This document shows, piece after piece, positions 38,519 through 47,845 of a stretch of DNA of 64,000 nt. Origin of the DNA: Rhodospirillaceae bacterium (GTDB lineage: Bacteria; Pseudomonadota; Alphaproteobacteria; Kiloniellales; DSM-21159); contig JAJUFM010000002.1 in the NCBI GenBank assembly GCA_029265995.1, positions 2,956-66,955 of the forward strand, written 5' to 3'. The notes beneath the pieces were generated by a model, which saw nothing but the letters and a program-made list of their open reading frames with translations, ran no database searches and was not told the DNA's origin. A program made the translations under genes and the position numbers. How positions within the stretch are numbered: position 1 is the stretch's first letter; every line of letters starts with the position of its first letter.

Positions 38519-39285
38519 TCCCGATGCTCCCTGAGGCGCAGATCAAAATCTGCTGCCTGCGCGCGCAGCAGGCGCTCCAGGCGCATGAGCCAGGCGTTCT
38601 CCCCCTCCGGTATCGCCATCACGTGCTTTGCCCGGCGCAGCACGATGCTGCTCCGCTGTAGCCCGTGGGCCTGAAGATCCCAGTGGGGCAAGGCCGCTAG
38701 AACGACCTCGGCGCTCATCTGGTCGGTGGGGCGCCCGCCCTGCTTTCTAACCAGAATGGACAGTGGTTCTTCAGGGGGCACAAAGACGGCCTGTCCATCC
38801 AACGCCTCAGGGAGTGGATGACCCTGCCGCACGCCGATCACGAAGCGCTCCTCGAAATAGGAGTAAGTGGTGCCCGCGCCCGTTATCAGCTGAACGTCCG
38901 GCTGCTCGAGACCGCCGATCACGAGATCTATGTCGCCTCGGCTCAAGCCCCTGAGCGCGGTGAAGCTCGGCAGGGGTCGCCAGTCGATCTCGACACCCAG
39001 CTCGGCAGCAAAGGACTCAACGAGTTCGACCTCCGCGCCCCGAGGATCACCCGCATCGGGAACAATGACCCAGGGTGGATGATCGATAACCGCCACGACA
39101 ATACGCTGCTGCTCGAGCACGGTCTCCAGCGTCTTCTTCGGATCGCGCGGGTACTGGAAATCGCAGGCAGTGAGCGCCAGCAGGCACAGGAGTGTGGTGG
39201 GAAGACAACCCTGGAAAAAGAGGCGTCGGCGGGTCAGACGCGGCTGCTGCAGCGCCTGCCATTGCCTCATGAGGTACTTGATCAC
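38515..39285 (-). CDS. Family-3 solute-binding-domain lipoprotein (orphan SBP)
   Basis: 256 aa with lipobox LALTAC and an SBP_bac_3-like body. No cognate permease or ATPase is adjacent. Confidence 0.7.
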   Translation of the reverse strand: MIKYLMRQWQALQQPRLTRRRLFFQGCLPTTLLCLLALTACDFQYPRDPKKTLETVLEQQRIVVAVIDHPPWVIVPDAGDPRGAEVELVESFAAELGVEIDWRPLPSFTALRGLSRGDIDLVIGGLEQPDVQLITGAGTTYSYFEERFVIGVRQGHPLPEALDGQAVFVPPEEPLSILVRKQGGRPTDQMSAEVVLAALPHWDLQAHGLQRSSIVLRRAKHVMAIPEGENAWLMRLERLLRAQAADFDLRLREHRE

Positions 39286-39388
39286 TTTTACGCGCGCGGA
39301 TCCTTTGGCCGCTATTGCTGCACAGCAACGGCAACCGCGCGCTTCGGAAGAAGTTCCAGCGGGGGCGACCGCTAGCCTTACCTCCTTG

Positions 39389-39916
39389 TCAGGCGGCGTC
39401 GCCCCTACTGGCAGATCGTCCGCTCGTGAAAGAGAGCTCTGGCGGCCGCTTCAGTGTCTGCAGCACCACGCAATAGCGCTCGGTGAGACGGCTCAAGGTA
39501 TCGATACGCTCGGTGGGCTCATCGGTGTCGAGGTCAAAGCGCAGCCGTATGTTGCGAAAGCCGACAGGCGCTTCCTTGGTGACTCCCAGCGTGCCGCGGA
39601 AATCCAGATCCCCTTCCGCCCAAACTCGGCCACCACGTAAGTTGAAGTCGATGGCGGTGGCCACGGCCTTCAACGTGACGCCGGCACAGGCGACGAGCGC
39701 TTCCAGCAACATGTCGCCGGAGCAAGCCTGGGTACCACTGCCGCCCGTCGCGGGGTGCAATCCCGCCTCTATCAGGGCTCGGCCCGTATCCACCTTGCAC
39801 GCGATTCCTTCCGCCAGATTTCCCTCTGCGGAAAGAGTCACCACGGCACTGTCAGGGTGTTCCTGGTACCGGCTCTTGAGAGGGGCCTGGAGAGCCTTCA
39901 ACTCTTCTGCGTTCAC
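39389..39916 (-). CDS. OsmC-family peroxiredoxin-like protein
   Basis: 175 aa with the OsmC pattern, including conserved Cys residues in CSGDMLLEALVACAG and ERYCVV. Confidence 0.85.
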   Translation of the reverse strand: MNAEELKALQAPLKSRYQEHPDSAVVTLSAEGNLAEGIACKVDTGRALIEAGLHPATGGSGTQACSGDMLLEALVACAGVTLKAVATAIDFNLRGGRVWAEGDLDFRGTLGVTKEAPVGFRNIRLRFDLDTDEPTERIDTLSRLTERYCVVLQTLKRPPELSFTSGRSASRGDAA

Positions 39917-39941
39917 TGCAAATCCTCCCTGCTGCTCAATT

Positions 39942-40679
39942 TCATGAAAGGTCGAGGGTACTGATGATCTCCTCCTTCAGACCCTGCACTTCCGCTGCTG
40001 TACGCCGCCGCGGGCGCGGCAGCTCCACGTCGAGGATCTTGTGCACCCGCCCCGGATGACCGCGCAGGATTACCACCCGGTCAGAGAGCAAAACGGCCTC
40101 CTCCACATCATGGGTGACAAGCAGCAGGGTGAAACGCTCCTGCTCCCACAGTTCCGCCAGATGCTCCTGGAGCTTGAGGCGCGTGAAGCTGTCGAGAGCA
40201 GAGAAGGGTTCGTCGAGAAGCAGCACAGAAGGGCGCCGCACCAGGGCACGGGCAATGGCGACACGCTGCGCCATGCCTCCGGAAAGCTGCCGCGGCAAGG
40301 CGCGGGCGAAACCCGACAGACCGACCTTCTCCAGGACTTCCGCTATCCGATACTCCTGCTCCTGACGCGGGAGGTCCAGCAGGGCCAGGCGTATGTTTTC
40401 CGCAACGATCAGCCAGGGCATCAGGCGAGGTTCCTGGAAGACCATACCCACCGCAGGCGACGGGCCGGTGACGCTCCTTCCCTGAAGCAGCACCCGGCCG
40501 CCGCTGGGCTTCTCGAGACCGGACACCAGCCGCAGCAGGGTGGACTTGCCACACCCCGAGGTGCCGACGAGGCTTACGATTTCATGCTCGCCAATGCTGA
40601 GCTCAACCTGCTCCAGGGCCGTATGATTGACCCCCGCTCCGTCGGCAAAAGCCTTTGTGACCTGGGCAATTTCAAGCAT
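39942..40679 (-). CDS. NitT/TauT-family (sulfonate/nitrate/taurine type) ABC transporter ATP-binding protein
   Basis: Walker A GTSGCGKST, signature LSGGMAQR and Walker B LLLDEPFSALD are present. ATG 40679 (AGGAA upstream) is preferred over ATG 40709, which would overlap the permease by 38 nt. Confidence 0.88.
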   Translation of the reverse strand: MLEIAQVTKAFADGAGVNHTALEQVELSIGEHEIVSLVGTSGCGKSTLLRLVSGLEKPSGGRVLLQGRSVTGPSPAVGMVFQEPRLMPWLIVAENIRLALLDLPRQEQEYRIAEVLEKVGLSGFARALPRQLSGGMAQRVAIARALVRRPSVLLLDEPFSALDSFTRLKLQEHLAELWEQERFTLLLVTHDVEEAVLLSDRVVILRGHPGRVHKILDVELPRPRRRTAAEVQGLKEEIISTLDLS

Positions 40680-41538
40680 TGGCCCGTTCCTGGCTCGAAG
40701 CAAAGCCATCCTGCCAAGCAGTGAGAGAGCGCCCCACAGCGGCGATCAATGCATCCGAAAGTTTACCGGCTACGGCAAAAAGCAGCAGCGCCCCGATGAT
40801 GATGGCAGGCCGGCCGGTCATCTGCCCATCGACCATGAGGAAGCCGAGACCCTGGCTTGCTCCCATCAGCTCTGCGGCAATGACGAACATCCAGCCTAGC
40901 GCCAGGCCCGAGCGCAGCCCCGTCAGGTAGCTGGGAAGCGTGGCCGGTATCAGGATGCGCCGGATGAGTTCGATCCGGGATAGGTTGTTGACCTGTGCAA
41001 CCTCCACCAGCTTGCGATCCGTACTTTGGATTCCGCTCATCAGATTGAGATAGACGGGAAAGAAAACGCCAACGGCGATCAAGGCGATTTTCGAAGTCTC
41101 GAAGATGCCGAACCAAAGGATGAAGAGCGGAACCCAGGCCAGAGACGGCACCGCCTTGAGCGCCTGCAAGGTGGGATCGAGGTAGTCACGGGCCGTTCGG
41201 GAGTAACCGGTCAGCGCTCCCAGCAGCGTGGCCGCAAGCGCGCCGGTCGCAAAGCCCAGCGCCACGCGCCAGAAGGTGATGGCGATATGGGCAACCAACT
41301 CCCCTTTGGCCGCCAGCGTGGCCAGTTCACCATAGACCGCCGCGGGAGCCGGCAGGAGGTAGTCGGGAAAGAGGCCGGCGCTGGACAACCCCTGCCAGGC
41401 GAGCAGCAGGCCGAGCGGGAGCAGAAAGGCACGCAGCCCGGAGAGATGTGGAGCTACCAGCCGGCCGAAAGGACGCGGCGCATGAAGCGCCGCCTCCCGC
41501 TGAGATAGTGACGTGACGGTCATCGCCTTCATCCTCAC
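40672..41538 (-). CDS. NitT/TauT-family ABC transporter permease
   Basis: 288 aa, SsuC/TauC-like, with an EAA-type loop. Confidence 0.88.
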   Translation of the reverse strand: MRMKAMTVTSLSQREAALHAPRPFGRLVAPHLSGLRAFLLPLGLLLAWQGLSSAGLFPDYLLPAPAAVYGELATLAAKGELVAHIAITFWRVALGFATGALAATLLGALTGYSRTARDYLDPTLQALKAVPSLAWVPLFILWFGIFETSKIALIAVGVFFPVYLNLMSGIQSTDRKLVEVAQVNNLSRIELIRRILIPATLPSYLTGLRSGLALGWMFVIAAELMGASQGLGFLMVDGQMTGRPAIIIGALLLFAVAGKLSDALIAAVGRSLTAWQDGFASSQERANA

Positions 41539-42530
41539 CGTGAAGCAACGACATGGGTGAAGTGGGAGTCGTCGATCAGGTCATTGACCAGCTGCGCGAT
41601 GTCCAGGTCGCTCTCGATGATGCCAATCTTCTGCAAGATCTCGCCGGTGGCGGTGAAGGTATCCCGGTGGGCCTGTCCGAGGGCTGGAGTGCTGAGATCC
41701 GTCCGCTCATCGAGCTGCCGTTGCGCCACCGCCGGCTCGATCTTTGCCGCTTCGACAAGGTGATCGCGCAGCTCTTCGGGATGCTCGAGCGCGTAGTTAC
41801 GGGCCCTCTCATAGACCGCAAGCACCCGCTCCACCGCATCCGGATGGTCGCTGGCAAAATCCTCGCGCACGTTGAGGATTCCGTAGGTGTTCAGGCTCGG
41901 ATCCCGGAAAAACAGCAGTGCATCCGACTCCAGTTCCGCCTGCGCCATGTGGGGGTCGAGGCCAGCCCAGGCGTCGACCTGGCCGGACGTCAAAGCCCGA
42001 TAGCCGTCAGGATGCTGCAGCAGTACGGGTTGGATATCCTTCTCGCTCAAATCCACCAGGTCGAGCGCCCGCAGCAGGAAAATGTGAGGATCGGTGCCGC
42101 GCGTTACGGCCACCGACTTGCCTTGCAGATCCTGCAGGCTGGTGATGCCGGAATCCCGGCGGGTGACGAGCGCCGTCCACTCCGGGCGGGAGTAAGCGTA
42201 GATGGCCTTGATCGGCAAGCCGCCCGCTTTGCCGACCAGAGCCGCCGATCCCGCTGTCGAGCCAAACTGGACGGAGTTACCGCGCAGGAATTCGAGCGCC
42301 TTGTTGGAGCCGAGCGAGAGGACCCAGCGGATCTCCACTCCTTCCTCCGCGAACTCCTCTTCAAGCCACCCTTTATCCTTCAGCAGGATACTGACGGGAT
42401 TGTAGTAGGCCCAATCGATGCTGATGCTGTCGGGAAGATCGGCGGCGCGCACAGGCGCCGATGAAAGGAAAAGTCCGGCCGCCACGGCGACGGCGAGACC
42501 CAGAAACCGATTCCTGGTGATGGCAAACAT
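41535..42530 (-). CDS. NitT/TauT-family ABC transporter substrate-binding protein (SsuA-like)
   Basis: Internal ATG 42530 gives the signal peptide MFAITRNRFLGLAVAVAAGLFLSSAPVRA. The body is NMT1/SsuA-like. The longer ORF start at 42611 lacks a signal peptide context. Confidence 0.8.
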   Translation of the reverse strand: MFAITRNRFLGLAVAVAAGLFLSSAPVRAADLPDSISIDWAYYNPVSILLKDKGWLEEEFAEEGVEIRWVLSLGSNKALEFLRGNSVQFGSTAGSAALVGKAGGLPIKAIYAYSRPEWTALVTRRDSGITSLQDLQGKSVAVTRGTDPHIFLLRALDLVDLSEKDIQPVLLQHPDGYRALTSGQVDAWAGLDPHMAQAELESDALLFFRDPSLNTYGILNVREDFASDHPDAVERVLAVYERARNYALEHPEELRDHLVEAAKIEPAVAQRQLDERTDLSTPALGQAHRDTFTATGEILQKIGIIESDLDIAQLVNDLIDDSHFTHVVASR

Positions 42531-42625
42531 TTGAAACCCTCTCTCTTGCAGCGCTGAAAAGCGCCTGTTGCACGAGCGAGGCTCCACGATGTCGAGTATG
42601 AGATTATCCACCCAGGACCGGGCAC

Positions 42626-42653
42626 AAAAAAACCCGCCGACCTGAGCGGCGGG
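42626..42653 (-). terminator. Canonical intrinsic terminator (minus strand): CCCGCCG-ctcaggt-CGGCGGG followed by T7
   Basis: Read directly from the sequence: a perfect 7-bp GC stem, 7-nt loop and seven Ts. It lies 96 nt upstream of the ssuA-like start on the same strand, with no annotated gene feeding into it. Confidence 0.6.
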
Positions 42654-42730
42654 GTTTCATACCCGCTCGCTTTAGCTGGAATTTGTAAAGCGCCCCGCAA
42701 GCTGAGCCTCAAAGCGGCGCTGTGAAGAAA

Positions 42731-42759
42731 ACGCTAAAGGCGCCCTGCATCGCTGTCAA
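42731..42759 (-). promoter_or_regulatory. Sigma70-like promoter candidate (TTGACA - 17 nt - TAGCGT) reading toward the 42626-42653 terminator
   Basis: The -35 element is a perfect consensus, the spacer is 17 nt and the -10 matches 3 of 6. The surrounding context is AT-rich. Confidence 0.3.
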
Positions 42760-43193
42760 CAAAAAGTATTATGGTTTCTGATAAAAAACTGCGCAGGCAT
42801 CTGGTCGGCCCCTTGATCTATTGCCAGCCAGGGAAACGGCCATAGAGCTGCGGCGGAACCGTCTGGAAGGGCAGCAGCTGGTACCCGGCCGCCTGCAACA
42901 GCAAACGCGGATGCCCTCTACTCCACGCGGCAGACAGCGGGTTCGGGAGGCTGCTGAACTGGCTTCCCGGAAGCACTTGGCTCGCGAGGATCACTCCGCG
43001 AGGTAAGCCTGCACCAGCGGCGAAGGAGCGCGGTGAGAAACATATGATTGACTGACACGCGCCTTAGGCTAAGAAACTTGCCTGAAACTCGTTCCGAGGT
43101 CATCAAAGGTCGACGCAGCATTAGCCTGCTGCACCATCCGCTCAACGTGAACCACGCGCTAAAGAAAAGAGCGCGAAAAAAGGGGGAGCCCGC

Positions 43194-44168
43194 ATGCACA
43201 AATCCGTTGCCGCCGCCGCGATCGCCGTCATGGCGCTTGGCGCCACGACCAGCGCCTCAGCCGAAATTGAAGAAAGAGTGCTTCACGCGGCTTACGTTTA
43301 TCCACCGGGCACCATCTGGCACGACACCACGGAGCGTTTCGCCGAGGCGGTTACTGAACGCACTGGCGGCAAGGTGACCTTCCAGATTGCTCACAGCGGC
43401 ATGACCGGTAGCTGGGAGCAATTGATCGAAGGGCTTCAGATCGGAACCAACGACATCGTGCTGGAATCGATCGGGACGCTTGACCGCTACGATCCGCTGC
43501 CTGGGGTAGAAGCCTTCCCCTACCTTGTACGCGACCTGGACCACTTCAACGCCATCTACTACGGCGACGTCGGCGCCGCCTTCATGGACGAGGTTTCGGA
43601 GCGGACGGGTTTCCGCATCGTCGGCGCAGGCTATCGCGGCGCTCGGAAGCTGTCAGCGAACCGAGCGGTGGAAAGTGTCGACGACCTGGCGGGGCTAAGG
43701 CTGCGCGTCCCACCGCTGCGCATGTATCGCCAGACCTGGGAGTACCTGGGCGCAAGCCCCACTCCCATGCCGGCGACCGAGATCTATACCGGCCTGCAGC
43801 AAGGCATCATCGATGGGCAGGAAAACCCGCTGGAATTCATCGATTCGATGAACGTCTACGAGGTTCAGTCGCACATCATGAACACCGACCACGTTATCGG
43901 CGCGATGACCTATATCTTCGACCAGGCGCGCTTCGATTCCTATGAGCCTGAACTTCAGGAAATTCTGATCGAAGAAGGCAACGCCGCGATGCGCTGGGGA
44001 TCTGAGCGGATGCTGGAAATGGAGAATGAATACATCCGGACCTTTGAAGAGGCTGGTGTGACGATCATCTCGCCGGATCTGGAGCCGTTCCGTGAACGCG
44101 TCGCTCCCATGGCCGCCGAGTTCCCGGAACTGGCGGAGTGGGTCGAGAGGTTCCAAAGCGTCGAGTGA
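43194..44168 (+). CDS. dctP: TRAP transporter substrate-binding protein (DctP family)
   Basis: 324 aa with GGGGGAG upstream of the ATG, a signal peptide and the DctP pattern. Confidence 0.88.
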   Translation: MHKSVAAAAIAVMALGATTSASAEIEERVLHAAYVYPPGTIWHDTTERFAEAVTERTGGKVTFQIAHSGMTGSWEQLIEGLQIGTNDIVLESIGTLDRYDPLPGVEAFPYLVRDLDHFNAIYYGDVGAAFMDEVSERTGFRIVGAGYRGARKLSANRAVESVDDLAGLRLRVPPLRMYRQTWEYLGASPTPMPATEIYTGLQQGIIDGQENPLEFIDSMNVYEVQSHIMNTDHVIGAMTYIFDQARFDSYEPELQEILIEEGNAAMRWGSERMLEMENEYIRTFEEAGVTIISPDLEPFRERVAPMAAEFPELAEWVERFQSVE

Positions 44169-44716
44169 TGCTCCAAGAGTATGGTACCGCTGCCCAGCCG
44201 CTCTGGAAGGAGCGGCTGGGCAAAGTGGCGGACGGCGCCGAGTATTGTCTGAACGCCGTGCTGGCGCTCATGCTGGTGGTGTTGGTTGCGAGCCTGGTCT
44301 ACCAGGTCTTCGGCCGCTACGTGCTCAACCACGCGCCGAGCTGGACAGAAGAGCTGTCTCGCTTCCTGATGGTCTACATCACCATGCTTGGTTCTGCCTC
44401 GCTCATCCGCCGCCAAGGGCACGTGGCGGTCAATGTGCTGGTCGATGCGCTGCCTGAACGACTCCGGCAGCTACTCTTGTGGATCAGGGACGCCATCATG
44501 CTGAGCGCAGCCGGCTTCCTGATGTGGTATGGCCACGGCTTTGCTCAGATCGGCGCGCGCCGTGCGTCCCCCGCCCTGGAAATTTCCATGTATTGGCCCG
44601 TTCTCGCGATCCCCATCAGCGGCGCGCTGATCGCGCTCTTCCTGGTGTTGGGCCGCCTCGACCCGCGATATAGACCGGGCAGTGCCGATGGGGTTGCCAA
44701 GACTCCGGAAATTTAG
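44168..44716 (+). CDS. dctQ: TRAP transporter small permease (DctQ family)
   Basis: ATG 44168 overlaps the dctP stop (TGATG). The protein is 182 aa with four TM segments. Confidence 0.85.
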   Translation: MLQEYGTAAQPLWKERLGKVADGAEYCLNAVLALMLVVLVASLVYQVFGRYVLNHAPSWTEELSRFLMVYITMLGSASLIRRQGHVAVNVLVDALPERLRQLLLWIRDAIMLSAAGFLMWYGHGFAQIGARRASPALEISMYWPVLAIPISGALIALFLVLGRLDPRYRPGSADGVAKTPEI

Positions 44717-44776
44717 CCTGCGCGGGCAGGAATCCTTCGCTTCGCAAAGATCAAGATCGGCAGCCGAGTTAATCGC

Positions 44777-46063
44777 ATGGCCCTTATCGCTGTACTTCTG
44801 ATTTCTGTCTTTGGGCTGATGCTCATCGGGGTTCCGATTGGCTTCTCCATCCTGATTGGCGGAGCCGTTACCATCGCCGTTTCCATTCCGGCCGCCAGCC
44901 TGAACATCGTTCCCCAGCAGATTTTCAGCGGTCTCGACTCCTTCAGCCTGCTGGCCATCCCCTGTTTCCTCCTTGCTGGAAGCCTTATGGGCGAAGGTGG
45001 GATGACTCAGCGGCTGCTCAACTTTGCGAACGCCATCCTGGGGCGCTTCCGGGGGGGCTTGGCCTTGAGCAACGTTTTATCCGCAACCTTCTTTGCGGGA
45101 ATTTCCGGCTCCGCGGTCGCCGATACCTCAGCTTTGGGGCGGGTTCTCATACCGGCAATGATCCGCGATGGGTATCGGCCTTCTTTCGCAGCAGCCGTTA
45201 CAGCCGCCGCCAACGTCATGGCGCCGATCATTCCGCCTTCCATCCCGTTCGTCGTCTTGGGCGTACTGACCAATCAGTCGATCATGCGCCTGTTCATCGC
45301 CGGCATCCTGGTGGGGCTGCTCTACTCACTGTTCATGCTCTCGACGGTCGCGTGGATTGCTCGGAAGGAAGAGCTACCCGTTCACGGCAAGACCTCGCTG
45401 CCGGACCTCTGGCGTACCTTTCTCGGTGCCTTCGCCGCCCTTCTGATGCCGATCTTCATCATCCTCGGGCTGCGTACGGGCGTCTTCAACGTGACCGAGT
45501 GCGCCGCTGTTGCAGTCGTCTACGCGCTCTTTGTCGGCTGTGTGATCTATCGCGAGCTGACCCTTGCCAAGATCTGGCAGGCGTTGATCTCCTCGGCCCA
45601 GCTTACCGCCGTGATCATGCTGATCGTCGGGGCGGCTCGGATCTTTTCCTGGATCCTTGCTTATACCGCGCTTCCGAACCAGATCGCTTCGGCGCTGCTG
45701 ATGATGACCGACAATCCGCTTGTATTCCTATTGCTCGTCAACATTCTGCTGCTGATCGTCGGCATGTTCATCGAGGCAAATGCAGCCATCATCATGCTGA
45801 TTCCGGTGCTTTATCCCATAGCGCTCGCGCTCGGCATCGATCCCACGCACTTCTCCGTCGTGGTGGTTGCCAACCTCTGCCTCGGCCTGATCACGCCGCC
45901 CGTAGGTCTCTGCCTCAATCTTACGTCCCTGATGGCCGGGGTAAGGCTGGAAGAAAGCACGCGACAGGCTCTGCCCTTCCTCGTGGTGAGCTTCCTCTTT
46001 CTGGTGGCAATCACCTACTTCCCCGGGATTTCCACCTGGTTACCCAATCTTTTGATGAACTGA
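44777..46063 (+). CDS. dctM: TRAP transporter large permease (DctM family)
   Basis: 428 aa polytopic protein with the DctM pattern. Confidence 0.9.
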   Translation: MALIAVLLISVFGLMLIGVPIGFSILIGGAVTIAVSIPAASLNIVPQQIFSGLDSFSLLAIPCFLLAGSLMGEGGMTQRLLNFANAILGRFRGGLALSNVLSATFFAGISGSAVADTSALGRVLIPAMIRDGYRPSFAAAVTAAANVMAPIIPPSIPFVVLGVLTNQSIMRLFIAGILVGLLYSLFMLSTVAWIARKEELPVHGKTSLPDLWRTFLGAFAALLMPIFIILGLRTGVFNVTECAAVAVVYALFVGCVIYRELTLAKIWQALISSAQLTAVIMLIVGAARIFSWILAYTALPNQIASALLMMTDNPLVFLLLVNILLLIVGMFIEANAAIIMLIPVLYPIALALGIDPTHFSVVVVANLCLGLITPPVGLCLNLTSLMAGVRLEESTRQALPFLVVSFLFLVAITYFPGISTWLPNLLMN

Positions 46064-46107
46064 TCGATCGCGCGTTGAAAGCGGATCCGGTCTAGGGAGA
46101 AAAGCGC

Positions 46108-46896
46108 ATGGCACGCTTGCAGGATAAAGTCGCACTGGTTTTCGGAGCCGGATCGATCAGCGAGGGATGGGGCAATGGCAAGGCGGCTGCCGTCGCCTAT
46201 GCGCGAGAAGGCGCCAAGGTGATCGCGGTGGACCGCGACTTTTCCGCCGCCGAGCTCACGGCTCAGGTCATTGCCGAAGAGGGCGGAGAAGCCCTACCCC
46301 TCGCAGCAGATGTCACAGACAGCAAGCAGATCGGGCAAGCGGTCGATCGCGCGGTTGAACGCTTCGGGCGTATCGACATCCTGCACAACAATGTCGGCAT
46401 CAACCTACCCGGCGGTGCGGCGGAGGCGAGCGAAGAAAGCTGGCACCAGGTCCTGAACGTCAACCTTACGGGCACCTTCCTGACCTGCAAAGCGGTGCTG
46501 CCGATCATGGAAAAGCAGGGCGCGGGCGCAATCATCAACATCTCGTCACTCGCCGCGATCCGCTATACTGGGTATCCCTACATTTCCTACTACGCATCAA
46601 AAGCGGGCGTGAACCATTTCACCCGCGCCTTGGCAGTTGAGTATGCGAGCCGCGGCATTCGGGCCAATACGATCATGCCGGGCTTGATGGATACCCCCCA
46701 CATCTACCAGCAGGTCAGCGGTTACCACGGCAGCGTCGAGGAAATGCGCGCCAAGCGCGATGCCATTCCGCCCATGAAGCGCCAGGGAACAGCCTGGGAT
46801 ATTGCTTGGGCCTCGGTTTTCCTGGCGTCGGACGAGGCGCGCTACATCACCGGAATCGAACTGCCCGTAGACGGCGGGCTCCACTGTACCGCCTGA
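46108..46896 (+). CDS. SDR-family oxidoreductase
   Basis: 262 aa with a glycine-rich GAGSISEGWG-type NAD(P)-binding N-terminus, NNVG, and the YxxxK catalytic motif (YYASKAG). Confidence 0.9.
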   Translation: MARLQDKVALVFGAGSISEGWGNGKAAAVAYAREGAKVIAVDRDFSAAELTAQVIAEEGGEALPLAADVTDSKQIGQAVDRAVERFGRIDILHNNVGINLPGGAAEASEESWHQVLNVNLTGTFLTCKAVLPIMEKQGAGAIINISSLAAIRYTGYPYISYYASKAGVNHFTRALAVEYASRGIRANTIMPGLMDTPHIYQQVSGYHGSVEEMRAKRDAIPPMKRQGTAWDIAWASVFLASDEARYITGIELPVDGGLHCTA

Positions 46897-46916
46897 CGCG
46901 GGCGACATTCCCCTTT

Positions 46917-47360
46917 CTACATCTTCTCACCGGGCAGGCGTGCCGCCTGCCTGATCCACTCGGAGAAGAGCCGTTCGTCGAAGGGCGTTTCTTCCTCGAT
47001 GTGGAAGTAGCGCACGTCCTTGTGCTTCGAGGCAACGGGTGGCGGTGGTTCGAGGGAGGCGCCTCGGAAGAACGCGACCTTCACGTACTTCGTCATGCAG
47101 TGAAAGCTGAGGAACCAGCTGCCTTGCTCCACCCCATAGAAGGGGGAGTTCCACTTCACGGCCTTCTGAACCCCGGGAACGGTCTCTTCGATGAGAGCGT
47201 CGAGCTGGCGCCCGACGGCGTGCTTCCAGCCAGGCATGGCGGCGATATAGGCGGCCACCGGTCCGTCTCCGTAGCCTTTTGGAATTTGAGGATTCCCACC
47301 GGCCAGGAGCTTCGGCTGGCCAGACGTCCCACTACTTGGTCGCGTCGGCTTACCGTTCAT
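46917..47360 (-). CDS. DUF1801 (YdhG-like) domain protein
   Basis: 147 aa with a KWNSPFYGVEQGSWFLSFHCMTKYVKVAFF pattern. Confidence 0.8.
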   Translation of the reverse strand: MNGKPTRPSSGTSGQPKLLAGGNPQIPKGYGDGPVAAYIAAMPGWKHAVGRQLDALIEETVPGVQKAVKWNSPFYGVEQGSWFLSFHCMTKYVKVAFFRGASLEPPPPVASKHKDVRYFHIEEETPFDERLFSEWIRQAARLPGEKM

Positions 47361-47416
47361 GCTCGTGGGTCGTCATGGCATCAGGGGCACCTGTCTCGGA
47401 TGATGCCTGCGTCCAG

Positions 47417-47448
47417 GGTTGGGGGAGGCTCCGGCGCCTCCCCCAACC
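47417..47448 (-). terminator. Perfect 13-bp GC-rich inverted repeat (GGTTGGGGGAGGC / GCCTCCCCCAACC, 6-nt loop) just 3' of the small lipoprotein gene
   Basis: Read directly from the sequence. It starts 7 nt after the stop at 47455 on the minus strand. No U-tract is present. Confidence 0.5.
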
Positions 47449-47454
47449 AGTGGA

Positions 47455-47706
47455 TCATTGGCAGGCGAAGGTCACTTCGTAGCTGTCGCCCTGAGTGTCG
47501 CGCGACAGCAACACGGCGTTGCGACCGAACTCCTCGTCGCAATGCTCGTCGGCAAGTTCTTTCACGTGATCGTAGTCACCCCCCTCCTCGTAGGTGTAGC
47601 TAACGCGGGGAGCATCTGCAGAGCTTTGATAGGCCCGGTTCGTGCTGCCACAGGCCGCGAGGCCGAAACCGGCAGCTACGAGCAGGACCAAAGATAGCTT
47701 GTTCAT
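47455..47706 (-). CDS. Small lipoprotein of unknown function (83 aa)
   Basis: ATG 47706 has GGAGA upstream. The signal peptide carries lipobox GLAAC. The mature part is acidic with Cys residues (HCDEE ... FACQ). Confidence 0.6.
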   Translation of the reverse strand: MNKLSLVLLVAAGFGLAACGSTNRAYQSSADAPRVSYTYEEGGDYDHVKELADEHCDEEFGRNAVLLSRDTQGDSYEVTFACQ

Positions 47707-47845
47707 CAACTTGTCTCCCTGGTGGTGAACGTCTGGCTGGACAGGGAGATAGACTGTCTGAGCCGGCTTACCCACGAGCAGATCTATGACCTTATCGGGG
47801 CGTGGCCGCCGGCTGGGCGCGGTCTTCGAGTTGAAGGGTTGTACC

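Noticed and set aside
42811-42836. The string CCTTGATCTATTGCCAGCCAGGGAA resembles the 3' half of a TPP riboswitch (CCTGATCTGGATAATGCCAGCG.AGGGA).
   Set aside because: The GG needed to pair with GCCAG is missing. No CTGAGA-containing 5' half lies upstream. No thiamine-related gene lies downstream. Only an Rfam scan could revive this idea.
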